Shown here: piece by piece, positions 36,339-48,700 of the stretch
Position numbering within the stretch: position 1 is the first letter of the stretch
Layout of the letters: each line of letters opens with the position of its first letter
Assembly: GCF_018350175.1 (NCBI RefSeq)
Contig: NC_058383.1
Coordinates: 9,178,001-9,242,000 of the forward strand
Origin: Felis catus
Lineage: Eukaryota
DNA length: 64,000 nucleotides
Direction of reading: 5' to 3'
Made by a program: the position numbers and the translations under genes
The notes under the pieces: model-generated
What the model saw: only the letters and a program-made list of their open reading frames with translations
Databases searched by the model: none
What the model was told of the DNA's origin: nothing

Positions 36339-36416
36339 TCCTGGGCCCCCCGACTCTCACCGCACTACCACCCTTGGCCACAAGAGAGGACTGGGCCTGG
36401 CACACAGAGCCAGAAG
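36339..36416 (+). CDS. SSC4D: SSC4D linker exon
   Basis: Manually translated (V)[29 protein letters not shown] acceptor; AAG|GTAAG donor; 78 nt. Confidence 0.9.
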
Positions 36417-36987
36417 GTAAGGAGCCCAGCCTTCCGGGCTGGAATGGTAGGGACAAGGCAGACAGGGCTGGGAAATAGAAAGGCTGTTCTGGATCTACTG
36501 GAAGGCGGCCCTGGCTAGCCGACCAGGACTTTCCGCCCGATGGTAAAGAGGTGGGCGAGAGAATCACGAGCAGATGGAGCAAGGATGAAATCCAGAGCTC
36601 TGAAAAGTTCAGCAAGGTGGGAGGAGACAGTAAGAGATTTCTTCAAAGCTCTGAGGTACAATTTGGGTGGGTGCTGAGGTTGGAAATCGAGAGACCTTGT
36701 GAGAGGGTTGAGCTAAAGGTTGAATGAAGGCTAGAAGCACATTGGGAATCCCGTCTGGAACTATCCTTGAGATTCAAATTAGAATAATGCCTGGAAACAG
36801 GATTCGGTTCATTCCAATCAAGTTTCCTGAGGACCACACCGGACTACACAGCGACACTGGGATTGAGGCTGAGTGTGGGGTGCAGGTGTGGTACAGCTGG
36901 GGGGGCTCGTAGGCATCGCTGTGCCCTGTTGTAGGCCAGAAGGCCTCCTCGTCCCCTTCACATGCTCTAGAGGCCCTGTCTCTGCAG

Positions 36988-37062
36988 CTACAGGAGTTGG
37001 TGCCCTGCCTTCCAGGGAGATGGCACTGTTCACCACAGCCACCTGGGTCGCGGGGAAGAAAA
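36988..37062 (+). CDS. SSC4D: SSC4D linker exon
   Basis: (A)TGVGALPSREMALFTTATWVAGKK; CTGCAG acceptor; AAA|GTAAGT donor; 75 nt. Confidence 0.9.
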
Positions 37063-37069
37063 GTAAGTG

Positions 37070-37850
37070 GCAGAGCCAGGGTTCTGTGGGGGGTGGGAGA
37101 GGGGTAGGGCCGGGGCTCTGTCCCGGAGCCAGCGGCCCCAGCCCAGCCCCTATGGCCACGGGCCTGTGCGCCCCGCAGGCGGGCGGCTGCGGCTGGTGGG
37201 CGGTCCGGGCCCGTGCCGCGGCCGCGTGGAGGTCATGTACGCCGGGGGCTGGGGCACCGTGTGCGACGATGACTGGGACTTCGCGGACGCGCGTGTGGCC
37301 TGCCGCGAGGCGGGCTGCGGGCCTGCGTTGGGCGCCACGGGCCTCGGCCACTTCGGCTACGGGCGCGGCCCCGTGCTGCTGGACAACGTGGGCTGCGCCG
37401 GGACGGAGGCCCACCTGAGCGACTGCTTCCACCTGGGCTGGGGCCAGCACAACTGCGGCCACCATGAAGATGCCGGCGCGCTCTGCTCAGGTGAGGTGGC
37501 GGCGGGACCGCGCAGAGACGCGCACTGCCGCGCGGGCGGGGCCGCGCAGCACGGCCTCCCGGGAATGGGCGGGGGCCGCGCGCAGACGCGTACTGCGGCG
37601 CAGGCGGGGTAAGGCTGCCTCTGAGAAATGGGCGGGGCCGTGCGTGAGGGCTCTCTGCGGCACTGCAGCGTGAGAGGGGCTGGAGAGGACGCGCACTCCG
37701 CAGAGAGGCGGAGCCCGACCATAGACGCGCTCTGCGGCTGCGCAGCATGGGCGGAGCCGGGGAGGGAGCGCCCTCTGCAGTGAGAGGGGGGTAGGGCTTG
37801 GGGCGGGCGCGCCCGCTGCGGCAGTGAGGGGAGGGCGAGAGGCGGAAAGC
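37070..37850. promoter_or_regulatory. Intragenic CpG island over SSC4D SRCR3 exon and following intron
   Basis: High CpG density with GC boxes extending about 350 nt into the intron. Confidence 0.7.
37179..37490 (+). CDS. SSC4D: SSC4D SRCR domain 3 exon
   Basis: (S)[32 protein letters not shown]...[14 protein letters not shown]; 312 nt; CAG|GTGAGG donor. Confidence 0.97.
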
Positions 37851-38325
37851 TAGGGACAAAGTCTGGAAATCTGTGTGAAGGGAGGGGCAGGGTCTCTTTC
37901 TATCTGCTGAGTCAAGGACCCGCAAAGCTCTAGGAAGCAGAGTTGATCAGCTTTCGGGGAGCAAGCGTCTGACCTTTGAGAATCAATGGAAAGGGGGTGT
38001 TTGTAGAGTCTGACCTATTTTAAAATGCTCCTGTTTATTGATTGGTGTGGGAAATGAGATCTTCACCCTCCTTTGGTGCCCTTGGCCTAGGAGCCTTGGC
38101 CACAAAGGGGTAGCTACAAAGGGTCCTGCTTTGGTTTCCAGGGTGAAAGAATCACAACCCCATTTCTGATCCAAGTGGCAGAAAGCAGTTCTCCTTCAGG
38201 GTCCTGTGAGGCCCTCCCTGTCCCTTAATCAGGCTCCCCTTGGGAGGGTAGAAGGTAACCTGGCCTCAAGGAACATGTTCCCTAATGTGACAGCCACCTC
38301 TTTTTCTTTGTCCTTGCTGAGCCAG

Positions 38326-38403
38326 GCCCAGAGGAGCTAGGACTTCAAGTCCAGCAGGATGGTTCTGAGACCACCCGGGCGCCCACTCCTCGGCCCAGGG
38401 ACG
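38326..38403 (+). CDS. SSC4D: SSC4D linker exon
   Basis: Manually translated (G)[25 protein letters not shown]; 78 nt; G|GTAGG donor. Confidence 0.9.
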
Positions 38404-39025
38404 GTAGGTGCCCACAGCCCCAAAGATGGAAGTAGAGGCGTTAGGATCGGAAGGACCAGAACTGGGGGAGATCACAGCCTGAGGTTACACAGCTCAGCAG
38501 ATTTGTACCAGGTTTGAGAACCTTTGTTTTGTGTTAGTCTCTGTTCTCGTTAATAAGGGTATGGTATCCAGAAGAGGGAAGTGGGTTTTAAGGGAGCAAT
38601 CTTAGAGATTTCTAGAGATGGGATCAAAATAAGGGGCTCCTTCCTGAAGAGATGAAAGGAAAGAATTCAATTTTAAGCCTGTGGGTGAGGGGAGATGATA
38701 ACCTCCAGGGGACACAAGCACAGTCTCCAGAGAGTGGCACTGGGGCTGAGGGTCTGGGGTTATGAACAGAGGACTAAGGAAAGAGCAGACATGAAGCACT
38801 CAGCAGGGACACAACACCCCACAAAAGCTCGTACACATTCTTCCAGTCCAGAGACTGAGTCTAGACTGCCACCCAGCTTATTTGAACCTGATTTATCTGC
38901 CCTTGTCCATCGGCCCCCAGAGCAATGCTGTGTCTGACATCACTACCCTTTGCCTATTCTGTCTACCCCTTCCATGGCCTGGCATGGGCCAGCCCCTTCC
39001 AGCCCTGGGCCTTGTCTCTCCACAG

Positions 39026-39342
39026 GGCACCTGCGTCTGGCCAATGGAGCCCACCAATGTGAGGGGCGCGTAGAACTCTTCCTAGGGCAACGGTGGGGCA
39101 CTGTTTGCGATGACGCTTGGGACCTGCGGGCAGCCACTGTCCTGTGCCACCAGCTGGGCTGTGGCCAGGCCCTGGCAGCCCCCGGCGAGGCCCACTTCGG
39201 CCCGGGCCGAGGCCCTATCCTCCTGGACAATGTCAAGTGCCGTGGGGACGAGAGTGCCCTTCTGCTCTGCTCTCACATCCGCTGGGATGCCCACAACTGT
39301 GACCACAGTGAAGACGCCAGTGTCCTGTGCCAGCCATTGTGA
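39026..39342 (+). CDS. SSC4D: SSC4D SRCR domain 4, terminal coding exon
   Basis: [32 protein letters not shown]...[16 protein letters not shown]; spliced CDS totals 1770 nt from ATG 30341 (589 aa; 578 aa from 30374). Confidence 0.97.
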
Positions 39343-40022
39343 CCCAGCCCATTCTGCAGACCATCTCTTCTGGGAGCCTGCTGTGGCCTGCCCCTCTTCC
39401 TCCAGGAAGCCCTCCTCCTCTGACAACTTCAGTTCACTCTGCCCTTCCCTCCTCTTGCCTGGGAGAGAGCCTATTCAGAGAGTGTGGTCCTGCATGGGGG
39501 AGCCTGGCTCTACCCAGGTGACATCACCTGTCACCAATTATTGTGGGCCCAATTCAATAAGAGTTCCCACTTGCTGCTCAGCCAGAACATAAAATGGGGG
39601 GAAGGGAATGACTCATAACTGTTTTCTTCGGTGGGGCTCCTGTTACAACACCTGACCCTGCCTTCCTGGACCCTGGTCCAGGAGGCTCAGGGGCTCTCTA
39701 TAAATGGAGTATCCCCCCTCTCCCCAACCCATATTGGGAGCCCCAAGAAGAGGGAAGGCAGGAGAGACCCACAGCTCTTACCTTAGACTGCCTGTGGCTG
39801 CAGAAGAACCTGGGTCGTTGCCCTGGCCTTCTCCGTGAGGGCCCAGACTCAGATGGTGCTTGGCTGGACAAGGGGACTGGAGGGGCCAAAGCAGGGACAG
39901 CGGCCCCTCCCTGCAGCTGGAACCAACATCTCTGATTTATGCTGCCCCCACCACAGAGCCTCCACTTTGCAGTAGCGAAGAACCCTGGGGGCCTGTAGCC
40001 ACCTGTTTATAGGTGCCAAGTC

Positions 40023-40028
40023 AATAAA
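40023..40028 (+). terminator. SSC4D: SSC4D polyadenylation signal
   Basis: AATAAA about 680 nt after the stop, followed by a T/GT-rich downstream tract (tgtctttttacttg). Confidence 0.75.
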
Positions 40029-40554
40029 GCATTGTCCCCCCCCCACCCCCCACCCCTGTCTTTTTACTTGCGGGCACAAGTGTATCATCTGTGGCAGCAG
40101 CAAAGACTGGTTAGAACTCTCTGGAGGAAACCGGCTCGGGGATGGAGGGCCGTGCAAGAGCATCATCAGAGAGCTCTCAGCAGGCCCGCACAGTCTTGGA
40201 AGTGCTGACTCGCAGTATGAGGCCTGTAAGGCCCCGGAGGGTCCCCAAGCCCACCCCTGCTTTCCTTTTGCATATAGAGAAACTTACGTCCTGCAGAAGG
40301 AAAGGGTCTGCTCCAAGACACGTTGCAAGGTGGGAGAGGCACTAGAGCAATACTCAAGAAAAAGCAGGGAGATGAGAGCAAAGCAGCACAGGGGCGTCCC
40401 CGGGGGCTGCTCTTGGGGCACCTCACCTGGAGCTCCAGGGGCAGAAGGAAGTGGGCGATCTTGCCAGAGCCGCTCTCAGCCCCAGGGTAGGTGACCTGCC
40501 TGTTTAGCAACTGTCCTGGTCAAGCCTCTGCCCTCCACGTCCAGCACACAGGCT

Positions 40555-41055
40555 CTCTCGTTTCCTATGGCTGCTGTACCAAATTATCACAAACGGAGTG
40601 GCTGAAAACAACGCAAATTTATTATCCTACAGTTTTGGGGGGTCGCTAGTCTGAAATGGGTCTCCCTGAGCTAAGTTCAAGGTCTCGGCAGGATGCTGTT
40701 CTTTCAGGAGAGTCTAAAGAAGAATCCGTTTCCTTACCTTTCCAGCTTCTAGAGGCTGCCTGCCTCCCATGCCTGCTCGTGACCTCCTTGTAGCCAACAA
40801 TTGTATCACTTGGACCTCTGCTTCCACCGCCTCATCTCCTTTCCTGACATTCCTGCCTCCCTCTTCCATCCTCTGAAACCCCTTGTGATTATATTAGACC
40901 CTGGATAATCCAGGGTACTCCCCCCATCTCAAGGTCCTTAACTTAACCACATCTACAAAATCCCTTTAGCCATTTAAAATAACACTGTTCAGGAGCTCCA
41001 GAGATTAGGACATAGACATCTTGGTTGGGGGGAGGGCATTATTCTGCCTCCCACA
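40555..41055 (-). mobile_element. MLT1-type MaLR solo LTR
   Basis: tttcctatggctgctgtaccaaattatcacaaac...aaacaacgcaaatttattatcctacagtt... typical of MLT1 in reverse orientation. Confidence 0.8.
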
Positions 41056-42239
41056 GGCTCCAGACCCGGGTCCTGGCTCCCAGCCAAGGAGTGAGGCAGA
41101 CACTTGAGCTCTAAAGTCCATCAGCGCTTGGCAGTAATGGCTTTGTCTCCATTTGTTAGGGAGCTCCAAGACCCACAGTGTCATTGGAAGGATGAGGATC
41201 TGAGCAACGAAAGGAATGAAAATACTTAAGGCCTCAGGGAGTCGGGGCAGAGGGACCAGCCAGCCTGTAACCCCCAGATCTGAGTGCAGCACGCTCAGAT
41301 CCACTTAGCCACTGCGGCCACGCCCACATCCAAGTGTGTGTCTCCTTCATCCTGAGAAGTGTTACAGCTTCCCATCCCTGGATTCCTCTTTCGCATCTAA
41401 ACAAAGTGCTTTCATCAGTACCAATGCTCTGCCCATTAACCCTCATAGCAGCCCTGCAAGAGAAGTAACATCACCCCCTTTTACAGACAAGGAAAACTGA
41501 GGCTCAGGGAGGGAAACTGATTTGTCCAAGTTTCTCAGAGTTTCCCATGACAAAACCTAAAATTTCTCTATTTTTTTAAAGTAAGCTCTACACCCAGTGT
41601 GGGGCTTGAACTCATGACTCCAAGATCAAGGGTCACATGTTTTACCCACCAAGCCCACCAGGTGTCCCCTTAAAGCCTAAGATTTTGATGCCTCAATACT
41701 GGTCACCAACATGTCCAATACTCCCCTTCCTGGCACACGGTGGACATGTACTTCCCTGCCCTCTTAAAGTGAGGCATGGCCCTGTGACACGCTTTGGCCA
41801 ATGACATGTGAATGGAAGTACCCCTCATAGAGGAGCCCTCAAGGACCTGAGCACAGTTTGCCACATTCCTTCCTTCAGGGTGACCAGTGATGTTCCAGAG
41901 AGTGGAGGCCCCATCAACCTGTGTCCCTGAGTGAGGGCCACCTGGAGCAAAGCCTCTGTTGACTCAAGATGGGCTTAGAGTGAGTGAGAAACAAATCTTT
42001 AAAAGTGGGGCACCTGGTGGCTCAGTTGGTTAATTGTCTGACTCTTGGTTTCCGCTCGGGCCATGATCTCATGGTTCGTAGGATTGGGCCCTGCGTTATA
42101 CTCCACACTCAGCGTGAAGCCTGCTTAAGATTCTCTCTCCCTCTCCCTGTGCCCTTTTCCCCAACTTATGCACTCGCGCTCTTTCTCTCTAAAATAAAAC
42201 AAAACAACAAGAACGACACAAACCTGGGTTTCCCTGTTT

Positions 42240-43010
42240 GGTAAGTAGCACTACCAACCACTAGCTTAAGCCATGAACCTGGGTGTTATCCCCAACAATC
42301 TCCACCCCCCCAAAACCAATTAGTCACCGAATGTTACTGATTCTATCTCCCAAACCTTGCTGGAATCTGTTCACTTCTCTCCGTCCCCCCCATTTCTTAC
42401 TACGGCTTCTTCACTGTCTCCCTGTCTCTAGCCTGTTCCCCATGCCACAAGAACAGTGAGCTGTTTACAACCCCGATGGTACCACTCCCCTGCTCAAACC
42501 CCTCCCATGGCTCCCCAGTGCTCTTCCTCAACTCTTCAGCTCGGTTTGCAAGGTCCTGTCCAGGCTGGCTCTGCCTGCGTTTCCGGCATCATCTCTTGCC
42601 ACTTGCTGCCAGGATCTCGCCAGGCTGAACTACTTTCAATTCCTCTAATGTCTGGGCTCTCTTCCCACCGGGCCTCTGCACATGCTGTTCTCTCTGCCTG
42701 GGATACGCGTCACCCTCTCCCCTCCTTCCCCTGAGTCAACTCTTTTTAGCCTCATGTCTCAGCTTTCATTTTCTCCAGAAGGCCTTCTCTGATACCACCT
42801 CCTCTCGGTCTGGACTAGAAGCAGCCAACATCGCACCCTGTACCTCCCCGGGGACAGCACTCACCCCTGCTGAGACTGCTGACTTGGCTGTCTCCTCTCC
42901 TAGCTCAGGGGGCTTTTGTGGGCTGCGGCTGGAGCTGTCGTGCCAACTTTGTGCACAGGACTACACATACAGTAGTTGCTCAAATAATATTTGTTGGGTG
43001 AATGGAGGAC
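42240..43010. mobile_element. L2 fragment
   Basis: accactcccctgctcaaacccctcccatggctcccc; gcctctgcacatgctgttctctctgcctgg; cagtagttgctcaaataatatttgttgggtgaatg. Confidence 0.7.
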
Positions 43011-43309
43011 ATGAGCAAATATTTCTGGAGCACCTGTGTGCTAGGTCAAGCACAGTGCCGTGCTCTGGGGCTCCAGAGCAAGAAGAAATCTAAAGCAGCT
43101 TCCTGTCTGCGTGGCACAGGGATTACCTTCAAGAGGAGAAGACCAGTGATAAGTCATTGAACATATAAATAGTTGAGACAGAGGCGCCTGGGTGGCTCAG
43201 TCGGTTAAGTGTCTGACCCTTGATTTCGGCTCAGGTCATGATCTCACAGTTGTGAGATCGAGCCCCACATTGGGCTCAGCGTGGAGCACAGAGTCTACTT
43301 GGGATTCTC

Positions 43310-43343
<34 letters not shown>

Positions 43344-44389
43344 ACTCTCTCTCTCTCTCCTTCTCTCTTTGCCCCTCCCCCTTCATGCACAGGTTTGCCT
43401 ACAGGCTCTCTCGCTCTCTCTCTCTCTCTCAAAATAAATAAATAACTTAAAAAAATAGTCGAAAGAATTTGAGCTAGTGATAAGTGCTCTAAAGAACATA
43501 AAGCAGGCTGTCCTGCTAGGGACTGGGTGGTGAGGGAGGGTCTCCAAGGAGGTGAGGCTTGAGTTGGGCCTCAGTAATGAGAGGAAGGTGGCCATGAACC
43601 TTTTGGCCACAAAAAGGTTTGGGGAGACACATTCCAAATCCCTCAGTGGGGATTTAGCCTGAGCTGTAGACGGGCCAGAGAGAAGGGCACTCTATGATTG
43701 GAGCAAAGAGGAACGTGCTAAGAGAGGAGTCAGGAAAAAGTGGTAGGGGGCGAGATCACTTGGGGCTTTCTAGGCTGTGGGGAGAAATTTTTTTTCCAAG
43801 GGCAATGGGAACCCATTGGAAAATGAGTGATACAGGTGCCCCAGATGTCAGCCTCTTGGATATCTTCCACGTCTTTCAACTTGCTGAGTGCACCTTGCCT
43901 CTCAAAATTTACTTAAAAGGACCCAGCCACGTGTCTCCTGTTACAGTAGGACACCCAGCATCCCTACCAGAAACCTCAGGAATTCTTCAGGAGCTTAGAT
44001 TCTGCCAAGCACTCCTGACTTTTGCTGATGTCTGAAACTTCCATCTGCTTTTGCCTCCACCGTGACTCTCCTTTTTCCTGTTCACTGAGCCCTTCATTCC
44101 TGGTTGCACCAATTCCAGGCTGTGCCTGTACCACACTTGGCTGATGCTTTGGAGCCAGGACCGAACCACCAACTGAAAATTGAGAAGCAGATACTTTGTT
44201 TTGACAAAGCCCTTCTATATTCATACACACCACCCCACACATTCACATGCCCAGATAACTTTTACTCATTTCCTCCACTCTAGCCCTAACGGCCTATGCC
44301 AGTGCTGAAACCCTCCCTTTCTCCTCTCTGTTTTGCAAACCCTCTGACTCCTGCCTTTTGGTCATTGCGCTTTTTTTTTTTTTTTTCTC

Positions 44390-45770
44390 TTTTAAATAAG
44401 TTTCATCGAGATAAAATTTGCTTATCGTAAAGCTCACCCTTTCCAAGTACACAGCGCAGTGGTTTTTTGAGTATATCCACAGGGTTGTGCAACCATCACC
44501 ACCACCTAACTCCAGAACATTTCATCACCCCTCCTCCCAAAAAACCCTTATGCCCATGAGCCATCGCTCTTCATTCCCCTTCCCCCAGCTCCTGGCAACC
44601 ACTAATCTACTTTCTCTGTGGATTAGCCGATTCTAGACATTTCATAGATGCGGAGTCATGCAATAAATAGGTGGCCTTTCTAGTCTGGCTTCTATCACTT
44701 AGAATAAATAACGTTTTCAAGGTTCATCTGCGTTATAGCATGTATCAGGACGTCGTTCATTTTCTTTTTCTTTTAATTTAATTTTTAATTTTTTTAAATT
44801 TACGTCCAAATTAGCATATAGTGCAACAATGTTTTCAGGGGTAGATTCCTTAGTGCCCCTTACCCATTTAGCCCATCCCCCCTCCCACAACCCCTCCAGT
44901 AACCCTCAGTTTGTTCTCCATATTTATGAGTCTCTTCTGTTTTGTCCCCCGGACGTCATTCATTTTCTGGTGGAATAATATTCCTTTGTGTGGACTCAGC
45001 CAATTGTGTTTATCCATTCATCTGTTGATGGATACTCGGGCTGTTTGTACCTTCTGGCAATTATGAATAATGCTCTGTGAATATTGACGTACAAGTATCC
45101 ATTTGAGAATTTCTTTTCAATTCTCTTGGGTACGTACCTAGGAAGGGACTTCCTGAGTCATGTGGTAATTCCCTGTTTGACATTTTGAGGCACCACCAAA
45201 CTTTTCCACACTGGTTGCACCTCTTACATTCCCACCCGCAATGACCTGGGTTCCAACACTCCACATCCTTGCTAACTTGTTATTCCCTCCCTATTAAAAA
45301 AAAAAAAATTCTAAGACAAAAACAAATGAAATTCTAGCCAGCCTAGTGGTTGTGAAGCGGTACCTCCTGGTTTTGATTTGTGTCTTTATTTTTTAAACAT
45401 TTTTGGGGCACCTGGGTGGCTCAGTCAGTTAAGTGTCTGACTCTTGGTTTCAGCTCATGTCATGATCTCACGATTTCGTGGGGCCAAGCCTGGCATCAGT
45501 CTCTGGGCTGACAGTGTGGAGCCTGCTTGGGATTCTCTCTCTCCCCCCTCTCTGCTCCTCCTCAACTCATGCTGTCTCTGTCTCTCTCAAAATAAATAAA
45601 TAAACTTAAAAAACAAAAGTGTCGCATGCTCCACTGACTGAGCCAGCCAGGCACCCTACACCTTTTTAATGACTAATTATGTTGAGTATCTTTCCTTGTT
45701 CTTATTGGCTATTTATATATCTTCTTTGGAGAAATGTCTATGCAAGGCCGCTGCCCACTCTTCAATTGGG
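44390..45770 (-). mobile_element. Old L1 3' region (minus) containing a nested younger L1 3' end (44765-44950) and a SINE (45405-45610)
   Basis: L1 3' text in reverse; nested piece bounded by a 17-bp target-site duplication. Confidence 0.85.
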
Positions 45771-48700
45771 TTCTTGCTCATTTCTCATGCAGAACTGTCT
45801 AGCTATCGTATCCAAAGCCTAGCCTCAGGGCTAGCTTTCCAAAACTGCCCTTTTTGTTTTGCTCATCAAAGCTGGCTGTCCTAATTGGAATTTTGCTGCC
45901 TTCTGTGTATCTATGTCATTTTGTCTTATTTTCACCATCACAACCAGAGGATGAAGGTAAAATCCTTCTCTGATTTTACACACCCAGTCTTTGGCGATTG
46001 GCTAGGATCCCACAACTGGTTAACTAGGGGGAGGGATTTGCAACCAGAGTAAATTCCCAAAAGCCCCACGCTCTTTCTACTAACTAGCTAGTCCTAGCTT
46101 GTCTCAAGATCTCCCAGTATTCTTATCTCTACTGCAGAAAAGGGAAACTACAGAGAAGGCTCTGGAGCTTCTCCGGATCACATAGAAAGATCGGGGAATC
46201 AGATGTAGGGACTCCCACCCCAACCCACAAATCCTTGCCCGAGTCCCACCCGCTCAGTGCTCAGTGCCGCGGGCCCGGCGGGAGCCACACGGCTTGGCCT
46301 TTCCGGCCCAGTCGGGTCGCGCCTTCCAGCTGAGTCACCGCCCTGGCGCTGGCGGGGCGTGGCGGACAGAGAAAAAGCGAGTAGGAGCCCGACCCGCGTG
46401 GGAACTGAAGCCCCACCCCTGGCTCCGCGCTAGCCTCCCGATTGGAGAGCCTGGGAACGGCACAGCCAATCACAGCAAGCTGCGAAGTGCCGTCAAGACG
46501 AACCTAAAGCAAAGGAGACGCCCTCTCCTCCCCTGGAAATAGCCCCTCCCGGACGCACCCGTTGGAGCTTTTGGGAGTGTTCGGCCCCGGCCACTGGACG
46601 GGTGGGGCTGGCCGGAACCTGGGCCAGGGAGCCCTGGTGCAGCCAATCTCGGCGGCGTGGGAAGGAACGATGGGGAATGACCGCCGGGAGCTTGGAGTGC
46701 AGGCGACATTTTCTAGTCTGTGAGGCCTTTCCCAGCTTAAAAGACTGGCCCACCACTCGGGCCCGGCTGGGGTCTCCACTCTTGTTTCCAGAGGGGAGGA
46801 TTAACATACAGAGGCTTGTTAAAACTGTAAAGCCAGTTTTTGAGTGAACAAATTAGAGAAGGGCACCCTTGAACACTCCCAGACATGCACACTAGACTGA
46901 GAGTCTAACAACCAGCCGCGCTCTTAGAGGCACCCGAGCAAAGGCACGGGGAGGGGCGCAGGGTCATACTCTGAGGATGTGGCCCATGTGGTCTCTGGAG
47001 TTGGCTCTCAGGGCTTTCGTGATACAGGCAAGGCTGGGAAGGTGATCTCTGGCTCTTAGTGGATTCTCAAACTCATAGTCAAGGCCAGATGCTCTGTCTC
47101 GGAGGCTGGCCCTGCCCCTCTCTCCGGCCACCCATCCTGGCCTCTGCTCCTGCTTGCGCTTACTCTCAAAGACTCCTTGCAGTCTGTCTTTCCAGCTCAC
47201 TCAGCTACTCATCAAATATTCTGAGCCCCTTCCTTGTGCCAGACAGCGATGAAAAGCTCCATTGCAGGGCAAACCAGGTCTATGCTCTTCAAGAGTTTAC
47301 AGTCCAGGCGGGAGATGAAGCAAAGATTCCATCAAAGCCTGATGAGCATGGCAATGGGAAAGAACAGTGTTAAGTGAGGGTCAGGTTACAGGGGCCCCTA
47401 ATTTATACTGGGGGGAGAGGCCAGGGAAAACTTTGAGAGGAAAGTTACTTTTCACAAGAGGAAAAGGAGGCTGGCCTTATTGGGGTGGGAGGAAAATCAG
47501 ATGGCTGGAATGGAGGTTCAACCGAGATGGTGGGTTTAGAAGGGAGGAGAGCCTTGTAGGCTCATTAAAGATTATGGAGATTATCGCGAGGGTACCAGTT
47601 GGCTAACTAGCGGTTTATAAGCAGAGGAGAGACATAAGATCTGAATTTTATAAAGATCACCCTGGGCATCCTATGGAGAAGAGAGAGCTTGTCGGGTAAT
47701 AATATAGAAGTAGAGAGACTAGAGACTGCCGCATTAATGCAGGGGAGGTGAGGGTGGTTGGACTCTGGTGGGAGTGGTAGACAGTGAGCACAGGATGAGC
47801 TGTTGACCTGTCTAAAGGGAGCTCTAATGCTTCCTGGGTTCCTATTCATTCATTCATTCATTCATTCATTCTCCCATTCAGCAAGTGTTTGAGCACCACT
47901 CTGGCCCAGAAATGAATGCCCAGTCTGCCAGGGAAAGGGGCTGCTGTCTGACCCAGTCAGGATAGAAGGCAAGAGGTGATGTCTGCAGAGGGGTTGGTGC
48001 ACTCCTCTTCTGTGACCCCACAAGTGCACAGTATTTGGACATTGATGTGGGGGTTCCTACCCATTGCAGCCCTCACCGGGGCCTCGCCTCCTCTCTGCTG
48101 CCAGCCCGGAATTACTATTCCCGCTTGGCAGATGGATAACCTCATGCTCAGAAAAGGGACTACCCTGACCAAGGTCACTCACCTTGAGCTAAAGGCAGAC
48201 TTGGAAACTGGGTATCCGGGTTCCCACAGCTTCTCTCCTGCCCCTGTAGTCTGGCTGCCCACATTTGGGTTGTTTCAGGTTCAGAGAACCCCTCCACACC
48301 GTCAGGCAGGGGAAGCTACAGACAGAGGGGCGCCTGCTCCCTGCCCCTCTGAGCCCAGCTCCGGCCCTGAGATTGCTATATTATTAGCAACAGCCCATGG
48401 CTGCAAGGAGTGTAGGGCCTCCAGCTTGCCAGGGGACTTCGCATGCAATATCTCATTTGATCCATCTGGCCACACTGGCAAGTGAAGATGATTGTCCTCA
48501 CTTTACAAGTGAAAAGACTGAGGTTTAAAGACAGTAATTATTATGCATCGTTGAGGTTCAAAGACTGGCAAATATGTATCCTTCCAACCCTGACCCCTTG
48601 CTACTGTGCTGGGCTCTGTAGGAGGCAAAGATGAACCGGGAGTGGGCTCTGCCTCCAGAAAGGAGACCATCTATAGGGATATAATGCATATACGTTCCTA

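Noticed and set aside
32191..37925. Long antisense or alternative-frame ORFs over SRCR exons
   Set aside because: Expected from stop-poor GC-rich coding sequence; no independent protein similarity
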